NCBI RefSeq assembly: GCF_029504745.1
Contig: NZ_JAQFIQ010000004.1
Location: 1-32,000, forward strand
Direction: 5' to 3'
Source: Breznakia sp. PF5-3
GTDB taxonomy: Bacteria; Bacillota_I; Bacilli_A; Erysipelotrichales; Erysipelotrichaceae
DNA: 32,000 bases
Positions 9,347 to 24,580 of the stretch are shown in pieces. Both the position numbers and the translations under genes were made by a program. The notes below the pieces were generated by a model. It saw nothing but the letters and a program-made list of their open reading frames with translations, searched no databases and had not been told where the DNA came from. Numbering within the stretch: position 1 is the first letter of the stretch; each line of letters starts with the position of its first letter.

Positions 9347-9689
9347 AGATTAAATATTTGGAAGAGATATCACGAAAAGAAAGGGATAAAAGGTGTAACT
9401 GTTTTTAGTAAACGGTTCGGAAGAAGTAAACAGAATTTTACTAGTAATTAAATATCTTTAATATGAAGTTATTTGAAGCGGTAAATCGCAACTAGTGAAA
9501 GATAAAGTATTAACTCTTTATGTCATATAGGATGGTCCAACAACTACCCCTACAATTAAAGCAAGAGATTCAAAATTATCAGTTTCTACACTCAATTGTT
9601 ACCAATTGCTGCTTTCTCAATACTAATCCTTAAGTGACATGGGTAAAAGAGTTAAATAAAAAAAGGGAATTAAAGAATTCTCTTTTTTT
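9320..9689 (+). ncRNA. candidate structured leader or stand-alone sRNA (class unassigned)
   Basis: About 370 nt between the candidate promoter and a strong terminator, with no ORF that has a credible SD. A long-range helix pairs CTCTTTATGTCA (9514-9525) with TGACAT/AAAGAG (9635-9640/9646-9651). The AAAAGAG segment can alternatively pair with the terminator 3' arm CTCTTTT (9680-9686). Confidence 0.35.
9664..9689 (+). terminator. intrinsic terminator ending the ORF-free unit
   Basis: AGGGAATT-aaag-AATTCTCT followed by TTTTTT. It is preceded by an A-run, so it has bidirectional potential. Confidence 0.75.
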
Positions 9690-9695
9690 ATGTCA

Positions 9696-9724
9696 TTGAC
9701 TTGCTGCAAGAGTTACATTAAGAT
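9696..9724 (+). promoter_or_regulatory. possible proximal promoter of the aminotransferase gene
   Basis: TTGACT (9696-9701), 17-nt spacer, then TAAGAT (9719-9724). The -10 is weak. Confidence 0.35.
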
Positions 9725-9754
9725 TAAATTATAAATGAAATATAAGGAGATACT

Positions 9755-10954
9755 ATGAAACAAAAAATGAGAAAAGCATTCCAAAAATTTGAGGGTGGAC
9801 TATTTAGTGAGGTAGAAAAAGCGGATGTTGGTGATTCATATCAAAAGCTGGGAGAACAAGGCGTTGATTTGATGGGGTGGGCAGATCCATATAATCCTGA
9901 TTTTTCTCTTCCTGATCATGTATTAAAGGCGACATTGGATGCAGTTAATGCACCCCTTTCTGCACATTATACAGCACCAATTGGAAATGATGATCTTAAG
10001 GTTGCAATCGCAAAGAAGTTAAAAAGACAAAATGGTTTAGAAGTTGTTGCAAAACGCAATATTCTAATTACTCCTGGATCTGATTCAGGGTTGTATTATG
10101 CAATGCTCTCTTTTTTAGATGCGGAAGATGAAGTAATGATTCCAACACCATCTTATCCAAATAATTTTCAAAACGTGGAAATATTAGGTGCAAAGGCGAT
10201 ACCAATTCAATTGAAAGAGAAAGATGATTTTCAAATTGATATTAAAGAGTTTGAAAAACGTCTTACACCAAAAACAAAAATGGTAGTTTTAACACATCCA
10301 AATAATCCAACGACAACAGTGTTTAATGAATCTTCATTGTTTCAATTAGCAGACTTTATTATTAAAAATGATTTAATTTTAGTATGTGATCAAGCATTTG
10401 AAGATTTCACATATGAAAATAAAATGATTACCCCTGCATCATTACCTGGTATGTGGGAACGTACCATTACTGTTTTTTCAGTATCAAAAGGAATGGGATT
10501 TAGTGGTTATCGAGTGGGCTATTTAGTTACAAATGATGTAATTATGGATGCTTTATATGGGGCTGCAGTTAGTGTTTTAGGAGCGACAAATAGTATTGCT
10601 CAAGTAGCAGTATTGGCAGCATTTGAAGATCAAAGTTTCATGAAAGCATTCGAAAACTCATTTGATTATCGACGTAAAAAAGCTTATGAAATTTTGAATC
10701 AAATTCCTAATGTTTCAATGAAGCTTCCAGAATCTGGTTTCCTTTGTTGGGTTGATGTATCAAAACTTGGCAATGCTTCAGACATTGTATCTTATTTGAT
10801 TCAACATGCGAAAGTATGTGTGAATGATGGTATTAATTATGGGCCTGGAGGAGAAGGTCATATCCGGATTGTCTTAGGAGTATATAAAGATGATGAGCGG
10901 GTGGTTGATGCTTTACGAAGAATTAAATCAGCTCTAATTGATTATCAAAAATAG
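9755..10954 (+). CDS. PLP-dependent aminotransferase, class I/II fold
   Basis: 399 aa. PLP-lysine motif SVSKGMGFSGYRVGY and NPNNPTT-type motif (THPNNPTTTVF). SD is AAGGAG. Confidence 0.85.
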   Translation: MKQKMRKAFQKFEGGLFSEVEKADVGDSYQKLGEQGVDLMGWADPYNPDFSLPDHVLKATLDAVNAPLSAHYTAPIGNDDLKVAIAKKLKRQNGLEVVAKRNILITPGSDSGLYYAMLSFLDAEDEVMIPTPSYPNNFQNVEILGAKAIPIQLKEKDDFQIDIKEFEKRLTPKTKMVVLTHPNNPTTTVFNESSLFQLADFIIKNDLILVCDQAFEDFTYENKMITPASLPGMWERTITVFSVSKGMGFSGYRVGYLVTNDVIMDALYGAAVSVLGATNSIAQVAVLAAFEDQSFMKAFENSFDYRRKKAYEILNQIPNVSMKLPESGFLCWVDVSKLGNASDIVSYLIQHAKVCVNDGINYGPGGEGHIRIVLGVYKDDERVVDALRRIKSALIDYQK

Positions 10955-11001
10955 TAAATAAAAATGAATATTGTTGTTTTCGAATTTTAACTTTTAGTTT
11001 G

Positions 11002-11015
11002 TGAAAACGCTTGCA
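11002..11015 (+). promoter_or_regulatory. cre (CcpA-binding) box overlapping the -35 of the licT promoter
   Basis: TGAAAACGCTTGCA matches TGNAANCGNWNNCA at every constrained position. Confidence 0.6.
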
Positions 11016-11039
11016 ATCTAAAATTAAGTATGGTAGTAT
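11011..11039 (+). promoter_or_regulatory. promoter of licT-HAD-PTS operon
   Basis: TTGCAA (11011-11016), 17-nt spacer, then TGgTAGTAT (hexamer 11034-11039). Confidence 0.55.
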
Positions 11040-11051
11040 GACAGTGTAAGT

Positions 11052-11085
11052 TGGATAGTGATTGTTTTACAAGCTAAACCTATTT
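11052..11085 (+). promoter_or_regulatory. RAT (ribonucleic antiterminator) element, copy A
   Basis: TGGATAGTGATTGTTTTACAAGCTAAACCTATTT resembles the Bacillus RAT GGATTGTTACTG...CAGGCAAAACCTAAA. It overlaps the 5' arm of the following terminator. Confidence 0.65.
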
Positions 11086-11133
11086 ACTCATTATAATATG
11101 TTTTTATATTATTTGGGTGAATGGGTTTTTATT
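11077..11133 (+). terminator. RAT-controlled intrinsic terminator in the licT leader
   Basis: AACCTATTTACTCA (11077-11090) pairs over 14 bp, including G-U pairs, with TGGGTGAATGGGTT (11114-11127). It is followed by TTTTTATT. Confidence 0.7.
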
Positions 11134-11155
11134 ATTTTAGAAAGAGGTTCATATT

Positions 11156-11998
11156 ATGAAAATAGAGAAAATCTTGAATAATAATGTGGTTGTAATTCAC
11201 GATGAAAAAGGGCTTGAAAAAATTGTAATGGGGCGTGGGCTAGCTTTTAAAAGAAAAGTTGGCGACGAGATTGATGCGAATATGGTAGATAAAGAATTCT
11301 ATATGGCTAATCATGATGTCAATAGTAGATTTCAAGAATTAGTTGTAGATATTCCGCTTGAGTATTTGGAATTGGGAGAAGATATTGTAAAGTTTGCGAA
11401 AACACATTTGGGACGTAAACTTAATGACTCCATTTACATATCTATAGTAGACCATATGTATACAGCAATCGTAAGATTTCAAGAGGGAATAGTTGTGAAA
11501 AATGCATTGTTATGGGATACCAAAAGGTTCTACCCAGATGAATTTGAAGTTGGGAAACAAGCATTGGATATGATAGAAGAAAAGTTTAAAGTGCGTTTGC
11601 CAGAAGATGAGGCAGGGTTTATTGCCTTACATATTGTAAATGCACAAATGGAAGAAGAAATTGAAGATGTTTATGAAATTACGAAAGTAATGCAAGAAAT
11701 TTCAAATATCGTAAAGTACTTCTTCAATGTAGAATTTGATGAAGATTCAGTTTATTTCTATCGTTTTATCACACATTTAAAGTTTTTTGCGCAACGTTTG
11801 ATAAATCATAATACGTATGCGAGTGAAACTGAGGATGATTTATTGGAAGTGATAAAAGTTAAATATAGAAATGCATATGAATGTGTTGTTAAGATTACGC
11901 AGTTTATCGCAGAAAAATATGATTATGTATTATCCAACGAAGAACAACTATATCTAACCATTCATATAGAAAGGGTTATATATAAGAGTGATAAGTAG
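11156..11998 (+). CDS. licT: BglG/LicT/SacY-family transcription antiterminator (CAT + PRD1 + PRD2)
   Basis: 280 aa. N-terminus is MKIEKILNNNVVVIHDEKGLEKIVMGRGLAFKRKVGDEI (CAT RNA-binding domain). PRD histidines occur in the contexts ISIVDHMY, FIALHIVNA and RFITHLKF. Confidence 0.9.
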   Translation: MKIEKILNNNVVVIHDEKGLEKIVMGRGLAFKRKVGDEIDANMVDKEFYMANHDVNSRFQELVVDIPLEYLELGEDIVKFAKTHLGRKLNDSIYISIVDHMYTAIVRFQEGIVVKNALLWDTKRFYPDEFEVGKQALDMIEEKFKVRLPEDEAGFIALHIVNAQMEEEIEDVYEITKVMQEISNIVKYFFNVEFDEDSVYFYRFITHLKFFAQRLINHNTYASETEDDLLEVIKVKYRNAYECVVKITQFIAEKYDYVLSNEEQLYLTIHIERVIYKSDK

Positions 11999-12847
11999 AT
12001 GAATAAAAGAATAGTATTTTTAGATATTGATGGAACTTTGTGTTTAGATGATGCTACAACGGTACCAAATAGTGCAATTGAAGCATGTCAAAGAGCTAGA
12101 GAAAATGGACACAAATTATATTTATGTACAGGAAGATCAAAACCCGAAATATTCGATCATGTAATGGATATCGGATTTGATGGAATCATTGGAGCGGGCG
12201 GTGGTTTTTGTGAGAGTGATGGAAAAACGATTTTTCATGAACGAGTAGCAAAAGAAGAAGTCGTTCATGCTGTAGATTATTTCACTTCAAATAAAATTCC
12301 TTTTTATGTAGAAAGTAATGGTGGATTGTATGCAGGTCCAAGATGTAAGAATCGCTTAGAATATCTACTTTATGGAGATGTTCTAAATGATATGGATGCA
12401 AAACGTCAAAAAGAAGAAAATCCACATCCGTTTATTGAGGAATTAATTGATGGAGAAGACAATTTATATCGCGAAGATGTAAACAAAATATGTTTTTTAG
12501 GAAATGAGAGAATTTCATTTGAAAAGATAAAGAAAGAATTTGAAAATCAATATGAGGTTATTCACTGTACCGTACCTGCTTTTGGTTCTAACAGTGGTGA
12601 ATTAGCAGTTGCTGGAGTGAGTAAGGCAAGTGCAATTGATAAGTTATTAACATATTTGAAACAAAAAGATGCATCAACGATTGCAATCGGTGATGGAACG
12701 AATGACATTGATATGTTTCAATATTGTGATATTGGTATTGCCATGGGGAATGCCAAGCAAGCTTTAATTGATATAGCAGATGATGTGACAAAACGTCATG
12801 ATGAAGATGGTATTTATGAAGCATTTAAGAAATATCAATTAATTTAA
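11999..12847 (+). CDS. Cof-type HAD-IIB sugar-phosphate phosphatase
   Basis: 282 aa with FLDIDGTL (DxDGT nucleophile motif) and GDGTNDIDM. The ATG directly abuts the licT stop (TAGATG). Confidence 0.85.
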   Translation: MNKRIVFLDIDGTLCLDDATTVPNSAIEACQRARENGHKLYLCTGRSKPEIFDHVMDIGFDGIIGAGGGFCESDGKTIFHERVAKEEVVHAVDYFTSNKIPFYVESNGGLYAGPRCKNRLEYLLYGDVLNDMDAKRQKEENPHPFIEELIDGEDNLYREDVNKICFLGNERISFEKIKKEFENQYEVIHCTVPAFGSNSGELAVAGVSKASAIDKLLTYLKQKDASTIAIGDGTNDIDMFQYCDIGIAMGNAKQALIDIADDVTKRHDEDGIYEAFKKYQLI

Positions 12848-12917
12848 GAAAGTAAGTAAAAGCAGAAAGGAGGCATTTGTTAATAAGAAAAGCTTTAGTT
12901 ATAAAATCATTAGTTAT

Positions 12918-12950
12918 GGATGGTGACATTAAGTTGGCCAAACCTTCAGA
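12918..12950 (+). promoter_or_regulatory. RAT element, copy B, upstream of the PTS EIIBCA gene
   Basis: GGATGGTGACATTAAGTTGGCCAAACCTTCAGA. The outer GG..GG / CC..CC pairing covaries relative to copies A and C. No canonical terminator follows it. Confidence 0.5.
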
Positions 12951-12992
12951 TTTCATATTAAAAACTATTTAAGAACAGAAAGATGGAGGTAA

Positions 12993-14879
<1,887 letters not shown>

Positions 14880-14889
14880 GATGATGATT

Positions 14890-14923
14890 CAAAAGCATTA
14901 GATCTCTAATGCTTTTGATTTTT
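14890..14923 (+). terminator. strong intrinsic terminator between the PTS gene and the first GH1 gene
   Basis: Perfect 12-bp stem CAAAAGCATTAG-atct-CTAATGCTTTTG followed by ATTTTT. Confidence 0.8.
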
Positions 14924-14927
14924 CTAA

Positions 14928-16391
<1,464 letters not shown>

Positions 16392-16409
16392 AAAAAGTAG
16401 TAAAAACAC

Positions 16410-16440
16410 TTGACTGTATAGTAACTATACGGCTTATCAT
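16410..16440 (+). promoter_or_regulatory. candidate promoter with an embedded perfect palindromic operator (GTATAGT-A-ACTATAC, 16416-16430)
   Basis: TTGACT at 16410-16415. The 15-bp perfect palindrome starts immediately after it. Possible -10 is TATCAT at 16435-16440, with a long 19-nt spacer. Confidence 0.45.
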
Positions 16441-16493
16441 AATAATATGAACATTTGTTTTAAATGTGGTAAAAAAGCTTGAAAGGAGTACTT

Positions 16494-20755
<4,262 letters not shown>

Positions 20756-20757
20756 TA

Positions 20758-20780
20758 AGACAGGCTTAGGCCTGTTTTTA
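20758..20780 (+). terminator. intrinsic terminator after the GH4-GH1-GH1 operon
   Basis: ACAGGC-ttag-GCCTGT followed by TTTTTA. Confidence 0.75.
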
Positions 20781-20794
20781 ATTTCTAATAATTA

Positions 20795-20823
20795 TTGACA
20801 AACTTGTAAGCGCTTGCTAATAT
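20795..20823 (+). promoter_or_regulatory. sigma-A promoter of the EIIA-licT-EIIBC-chbG operon
   Basis: TTGACA (20795-20800), 17-nt spacer, then TAATAT (20818-20823). Confidence 0.65.
20805..20818 (+). promoter_or_regulatory. cre (CcpA-binding) box within the promoter spacer
   Basis: TGTAAGCGCTTGCT matches TGNAANCGNWNNCW. Confidence 0.6.
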
Positions 20824-20831
20824 ATTATTAA

Positions 20832-20862
20832 GGATTGTAACTCTTTGAGGCATTACCTTAGG
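20832..20862 (+). promoter_or_regulatory. RAT element, copy C
   Basis: GGATTGTAACTCTTTGAGGCATTACCTTAGG is the closest of the three to the Bacillus RAT consensus. It overlaps the terminator 5' arm. Confidence 0.7.
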
Positions 20863-20915
20863 ACTAATGGATTTTTATCTATGGTTTAAGGGGGTGACTT
20901 TGAAGAGTTTTTATT
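20839..20915 (+). terminator. RAT-controlled terminator (long interrupted stem)
   Basis: AACTCTTTGAGG (20839-20850) pairs with CTTTGAAGAGTT (20898-20909). The stem extends inward (CATTACCTTAGG with TTTAAGGGGGTG, one bulge and one mismatch) and is followed by TTTTATT. Confidence 0.6.
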
Positions 20916-20931
20916 ATTTGGAGGTTTGTAC

Positions 20932-21417
20932 ATGTTTAAAATGTTTAAGAAAAAAGAATCAGACTATAATGTATATTCACCAGTAGATGGTGAAGCGATG
21001 TTGTTGGAAGAAGTAAATGATCAAGTTTTTTCAACAAAAATGATGGGCGAAGGCGTTGGCTTTAAATTAAAAAGTGGTGAAGTGTGTTCACCTTGTGATG
21101 GGAAAATTACACTTATTGCTCCAACCAAACATGCGTTTGGAATAGAGGCCGATAACGGTATGGAAATCTTAGTTCATATTGGTTTAGATACAGTGGAACT
21201 TGGTGGAAAAGGTTTTGAAGTATTACAACAACCAGGAACTAGAGTGACGAAAGGTACAGCAATTATTCGTGTTGATCTTGCTTTTATGGAAGCAAATAAC
21301 GTAGATTTGATAACACCAATGATTGTTACCAATGCGATACCTTTTGCTTTAGAAGACAATGTAATTGGAAATGAAGTATCGAAAGGTGAAACGTTAATTA
21401 TTCATAAAGAGAAGTAG
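20932..21417 (+). CDS. PTS EIIA component, glucose-family (stand-alone)
   Basis: The ATG at 20932 is 7 nt after a GGAGG SD (the track ORF starts at a TTG at 20926). Motifs PTKHAFGI and LVHIGLDTV are the EIIA-Glc histidines. Confidence 0.9.
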   Translation: MFKMFKKKESDYNVYSPVDGEAMLLEEVNDQVFSTKMMGEGVGFKLKSGEVCSPCDGKITLIAPTKHAFGIEADNGMEILVHIGLDTVELGGKGFEVLQQPGTRVTKGTAIIRVDLAFMEANNVDLITPMIVTNAIPFALEDNVIGNEVSKGETLIIHKEK

Positions 21418-21432
21418 GTTGAGGAGAAATGT

Positions 21433-22260
21433 ATGAAGGCAATAAGAAAAATAAATAATAATGTAGCAGTATGTCTAGATAAAAATAATAAAGAATTGAT
21501 TGCCTTTGGTAAAGGGATAGGATTTCCATCTATGCCTTACGAAATAACGGATTTGAATTCTATCGATATGACTTTTTATAGATTAAATGCACAATTTTAT
21601 AATCTTTTACAAGAGATACCTGAAGATGTTTTTGAAGTAAGTGCTAACATTGTCACAAAAGCACAGGAAACATTAAATAAGAATTTAAATCCTAATATTG
21701 TATTTAGTTTAGCAGACCATATTAATTTTGCGATCGTTCGAATGAAAAACTATAAGAAGATGAAATTCGCCTTTTCATATGATGTAGAGCAGTTATATCC
21801 AGAAGAAACTGCAATTGGGAAATATGCATTAAGTCAAATTCAAAGTAAACTCTATATTAGTTTACCTGAATCAGAAGTAACAAATATTGCTTTGCATTTT
21901 GTAAATGCAGAAGAAGAAACGTTGGCTGAAGATGAAGGAGATAAGATAGAGACAATGATTGAAGAGATTACTTCGATGATTGAAAACTCGTTTGCTTTGG
22001 AAATTAAACGAAAAGAGTTTAATTATAATCGATTTGTTATGCATCTAAGGTACTATCTGAAACGGATCCAAGAAAAAGAACAATTCATGGATAATTGTGA
22101 TGATTTAATTGTATTTATGCAAGAAGAAAGACCTGAAATTTATGAATGTGCAATGAAAATATCATCCTATATCGATGATGAGTTACATGCAGAGAGTACA
22201 AATGATGAAATCTTATATTTGATGATTCATATTAATCGAATTATCAATAAAGAAGATTAA
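21433..22260 (+). CDS. licT: BglG/LicT-family transcription antiterminator (second copy)
   Basis: 275 aa. N-terminus MKAIRKINNNVAVCLDKNNKELIAFGKGIGF is a CAT domain. PRD motifs are SLADHINFA, NIALHFVNA, RFVMHLRY and LMIHINR. Confidence 0.88.
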   Translation: MKAIRKINNNVAVCLDKNNKELIAFGKGIGFPSMPYEITDLNSIDMTFYRLNAQFYNLLQEIPEDVFEVSANIVTKAQETLNKNLNPNIVFSLADHINFAIVRMKNYKKMKFAFSYDVEQLYPEETAIGKYALSQIQSKLYISLPESEVTNIALHFVNAEEETLAEDEGDKIETMIEEITSMIENSFALEIKRKEFNYNRFVMHLRYYLKRIQEKEQFMDNCDDLIVFMQEERPEIYECAMKISSYIDDELHAESTNDEILYLMIHINRIINKED

Positions 22261-22333
22261 AAAATATCCACATGGTTACTAGTGCCATTAAAGGATTATA
22301 GAAATTTTGGTGAAAAATGTGGAGGAAAAAAGA

Positions 22334-23746
22334 ATGAGTAAGAAACAAGAATATCAAGTATTAGCAACAGAAATTTTAAAAGCTGTTGGTGGAAAAGAAA
22401 ATGTTATGCAAGTTACACATTGTATGACGAGATTACGTTTTAATTTGAAAGATGAAAGTATTCCAAATGATGAAGAAATAAAAAGTATAAAAGGTGTCAT
22501 TGGTACAATTCATGCTGGAGGACAATTACAAATAATTATTGGTCAAACAGTTGAAAAAGTATACAACTGTATTCGTGAAGAAGGCGGTTTTGAAGAGAGT
22601 AAGACAATTGATGAAAATCTTGATGTAAAGAAAAAGATAACATTAAAATCAATTGGAAATGGAATCATGGATGGTTTAGCTGGTAGTTTAACACCAATTA
22701 TTCCAATGATTATGGCAGCATCAATCTTTAAGATGTTAGTAGCTGTATTAGGTCCAGATATGTTGAATGTATTGAGTACAACAAGTGACCTATATGTATT
22801 GTTTACATTTGTTGGAGATGCAGGATTTTATTTCTTTCCTGTTATTGTAGGATATACAGCTTCTAAGAAGTTTGGTGTAACCCCAGTGCTAGGAATGTTT
22901 TTAGGAGCAATTATGCTACATCCAACATTTATGGCAATGGCGGTAGAAGGAAGCAAGTTTACAGTATTTGGAATTCCTTCAAGTCCACAGGTGTATTCAA
23001 GTACCATTTTACCGATTATTATGTCGGTATGGGTAATGTCATATGTGGAAAAATTCTTTAAAAAGATTTTACCAGATATGTTAAGAGTTATTTTTGCACC
23101 AACTCTTACCATAACGGTAATGTTGCCAATTGCATTATGTGTATTAGGTCCAGCGGGATCTTTCTTGGCAGACTATGTAGCAGAGTTCTTATTAGGCTTT
23201 GGCGATATTGGTGGTTTTCTAGCAATTGCAATTATTGCAGCATTATGGCAATTCTTAGTTATGAGTGGAATGCATATTGTGATGATTACTACAATGATTT
23301 TATTATTCTCTAATGCAGGATATGAAAACTTAGTAAATCCTGCAGCGTGTATTGCAAGTATCTCTGTTGCAGGTATGTGTTTAGGAGCTGCGTTAAAAAT
23401 TAAAAATAAAGAACAAAAATCTTTAAGTTTTGGATACTTTATCACTAGTATTATTGGTGGAGTTACAGAACCTGGAATGTATGGTATTGGAATGAAATAT
23501 AAACGTCCATTCTTAGGAATGATGGCTGGAGGATTTGTAGGTGGTCTTTATGCAGGGTTATTAAATGTGGGAACTTATGCTTTAGTACCAGTAGCGAGCT
23601 TCTTGTGCTTAACTAGCTTTGCTGGAGGTCCAACATCCAATTTAGTTCATGGTATTATTGCTAGTGTGATTGCATTTATTGTATCTGCAGCAGTAACATA
23701 CCTATTTGGATTTAAAAAGGATGAGGTGGATATACAAAAACAATAG
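22334..23746 (+). CDS. PTS EIIB-EIIC transporter, glucose/beta-glucoside family (no EIIA domain)
   Basis: The ATG at 22334 follows a GGAGGA SD (the track ORF starts at a TTG at 22307). EIIB cysteine is in THCMTRLRFNLKD, followed by a multi-TM EIIC with a GVTEPGMYG motif. Confidence 0.9.
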   Translation: MSKKQEYQVLATEILKAVGGKENVMQVTHCMTRLRFNLKDESIPNDEEIKSIKGVIGTIHAGGQLQIIIGQTVEKVYNCIREEGGFEESKTIDENLDVKKKITLKSIGNGIMDGLAGSLTPIIPMIMAASIFKMLVAVLGPDMLNVLSTTSDLYVLFTFVGDAGFYFFPVIVGYTASKKFGVTPVLGMFLGAIMLHPTFMAMAVEGSKFTVFGIPSSPQVYSSTILPIIMSVWVMSYVEKFFKKILPDMLRVIFAPTLTITVMLPIALCVLGPAGSFLADYVAEFLLGFGDIGGFLAIAIIAALWQFLVMSGMHIVMITTMILLFSNAGYENLVNPAACIASISVAGMCLGAALKIKNKEQKSLSFGYFITSIIGGVTEPGMYGIGMKYKRPFLGMMAGGFVGGLYAGLLNVGTYALVPVASFLCLTSFAGGPTSNLVHGIIASVIAFIVSAAVTYLFGFKKDEVDIQKQ

Positions 23747-23759
23747 AGTGAGGTAAAGT

Positions 23760-24512
23760 ATGAAAATTATTATTAGAGCAGATGATTTAGGATATTCGGA
23801 AGCAGTAAATTATGGAATTGAAAAATCAGTGAAACATGGAATTATTAAAAATGTTGGTTTCATGGTAAACATGGATGCTAGTAAACATGGAATAGATTTG
23901 TTGAAAGATGTGGATGTTTGTTTGGGACAACATACAAATATTTGTGTAGGTAAACCAATTTGTGATCCTTCATTAATTCCTAGCATTACGAATGGAAAAG
24001 GTGAGTTTAAATCTTCAAGAGAATATCGTGAAGCCAAGGAAGATTTTGTTGATTTGGATGAAGTGATTATGGAGATTGAAGCCCAATACCAAAGATATAA
24101 AGAATTGGTAGGTAGAGAACCAGAATATTTTGAAGGTCATGCAGTAGCAAGTGATAATTTTCTAAAAGGACTTGAAATTGTTGCCAAGCATCATGGATTA
24201 AAGTATAGTGGGTTTGATTTTGGAGATGAATCAATTATAATGGTAAATGATAAGAAGGTATATTTGTGGATGGATTCTACAACTAATCCAAATTATGATC
24301 CATTTATTACTTTAAAGAAGATGGTAAAGAATGCCCATGAAGATGCATACGATATGCTAGTGTTCCATCCAGGATATTTGGATGATTATATATTGAAGCA
24401 TTCTTCACTTACTATACCAAGAACATTAGAAGTAGAAGCATCATGTTCAAAAGAAGTGAAAGATTGGCTAAAAGAGAACAATATCAAACTTTATACTTAC
24501 AATGATATTTAA
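23760..24512 (+). CDS. chbG: YdjC/ChbG-family carbohydrate deacetylase
   Basis: 250 aa. N-terminus MKIIIRADDLGYSEAVNYGI carries the YdjC D-D metal motif. Later histidines are GQHTN and FEGH. Confidence 0.85.
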   Translation: MKIIIRADDLGYSEAVNYGIEKSVKHGIIKNVGFMVNMDASKHGIDLLKDVDVCLGQHTNICVGKPICDPSLIPSITNGKGEFKSSREYREAKEDFVDLDEVIMEIEAQYQRYKELVGREPEYFEGHAVASDNFLKGLEIVAKHHGLKYSGFDFGDESIIMVNDKKVYLWMDSTTNPNYDPFITLKKMVKNAHEDAYDMLVFHPGYLDDYILKHSSLTIPRTLEVEASCSKEVKDWLKENNIKLYTYNDI

Positions 24513-24514
24513 TA

Positions 24515-24580
24515 AAACAAGAAATATATTATGAAAAGAATTAGCGTTTGCTAATTCTTTTCATAATATATTTCTTGTTT
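24515..24580. repeat. perfect 31-bp inverted repeat with a 4-nt loop between convergent genes (bidirectional terminator-like)
   Basis: AAACAAGAAATATATTATGAAAAGAATTAGC (24515-24545), then gttt, then its exact reverse complement (24550-24580). The right arm is the last 9 codons plus stop of the DJ-1 gene. Confidence 0.9.

Noticed and set aside
9532-9633. 33-aa ORF (MVQQLPLQLKQEIQNYQFLHSIVTNCCFLNTNP) inside the ORF-free unit, plus the 11-aa ORF at 9253-9288 and the 10-aa ORF at 9463-9495
   Set aside because: None has a properly spaced SD (AGG abuts the ATG, or the spacing is 11 nt or more). Nothing but an open frame supports them.
9347-9689. T-box riboswitch assignment for the leader upstream of the aminotransferase
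   Set aside because: Some pieces look T-box-like: GAAGAGA, AGAAAGGGA, GGTGTAA, AGTGAAAG and GGATGGTCCAAC. However, the spacing is wrong and the 14-nt T-box core GGGTGGTACCGCG is not present. GGATGGTCC lies about 120 nt from the terminator with no antiterminator partner. The element is left unclassified.
12877-12972. 31-codon TTG-initiated leader ORF spanning RAT-B
   Set aside because: The TTG is only 3 nt from the AAGGAGG, which is too close. A non-ATG start adds to the doubt, and there is no supporting feature.
22266-22326. Fourth RAT/terminator between licT2 and the EIIBC gene
   Set aside because: Only GTTACT resembles the RAT consensus. No hairpin with a U-run is present. There is just a 7-bp TCCACAT/ATGTGGA helix abutting the SD (GGAGGA, 22321-22326), which is too weak to call.
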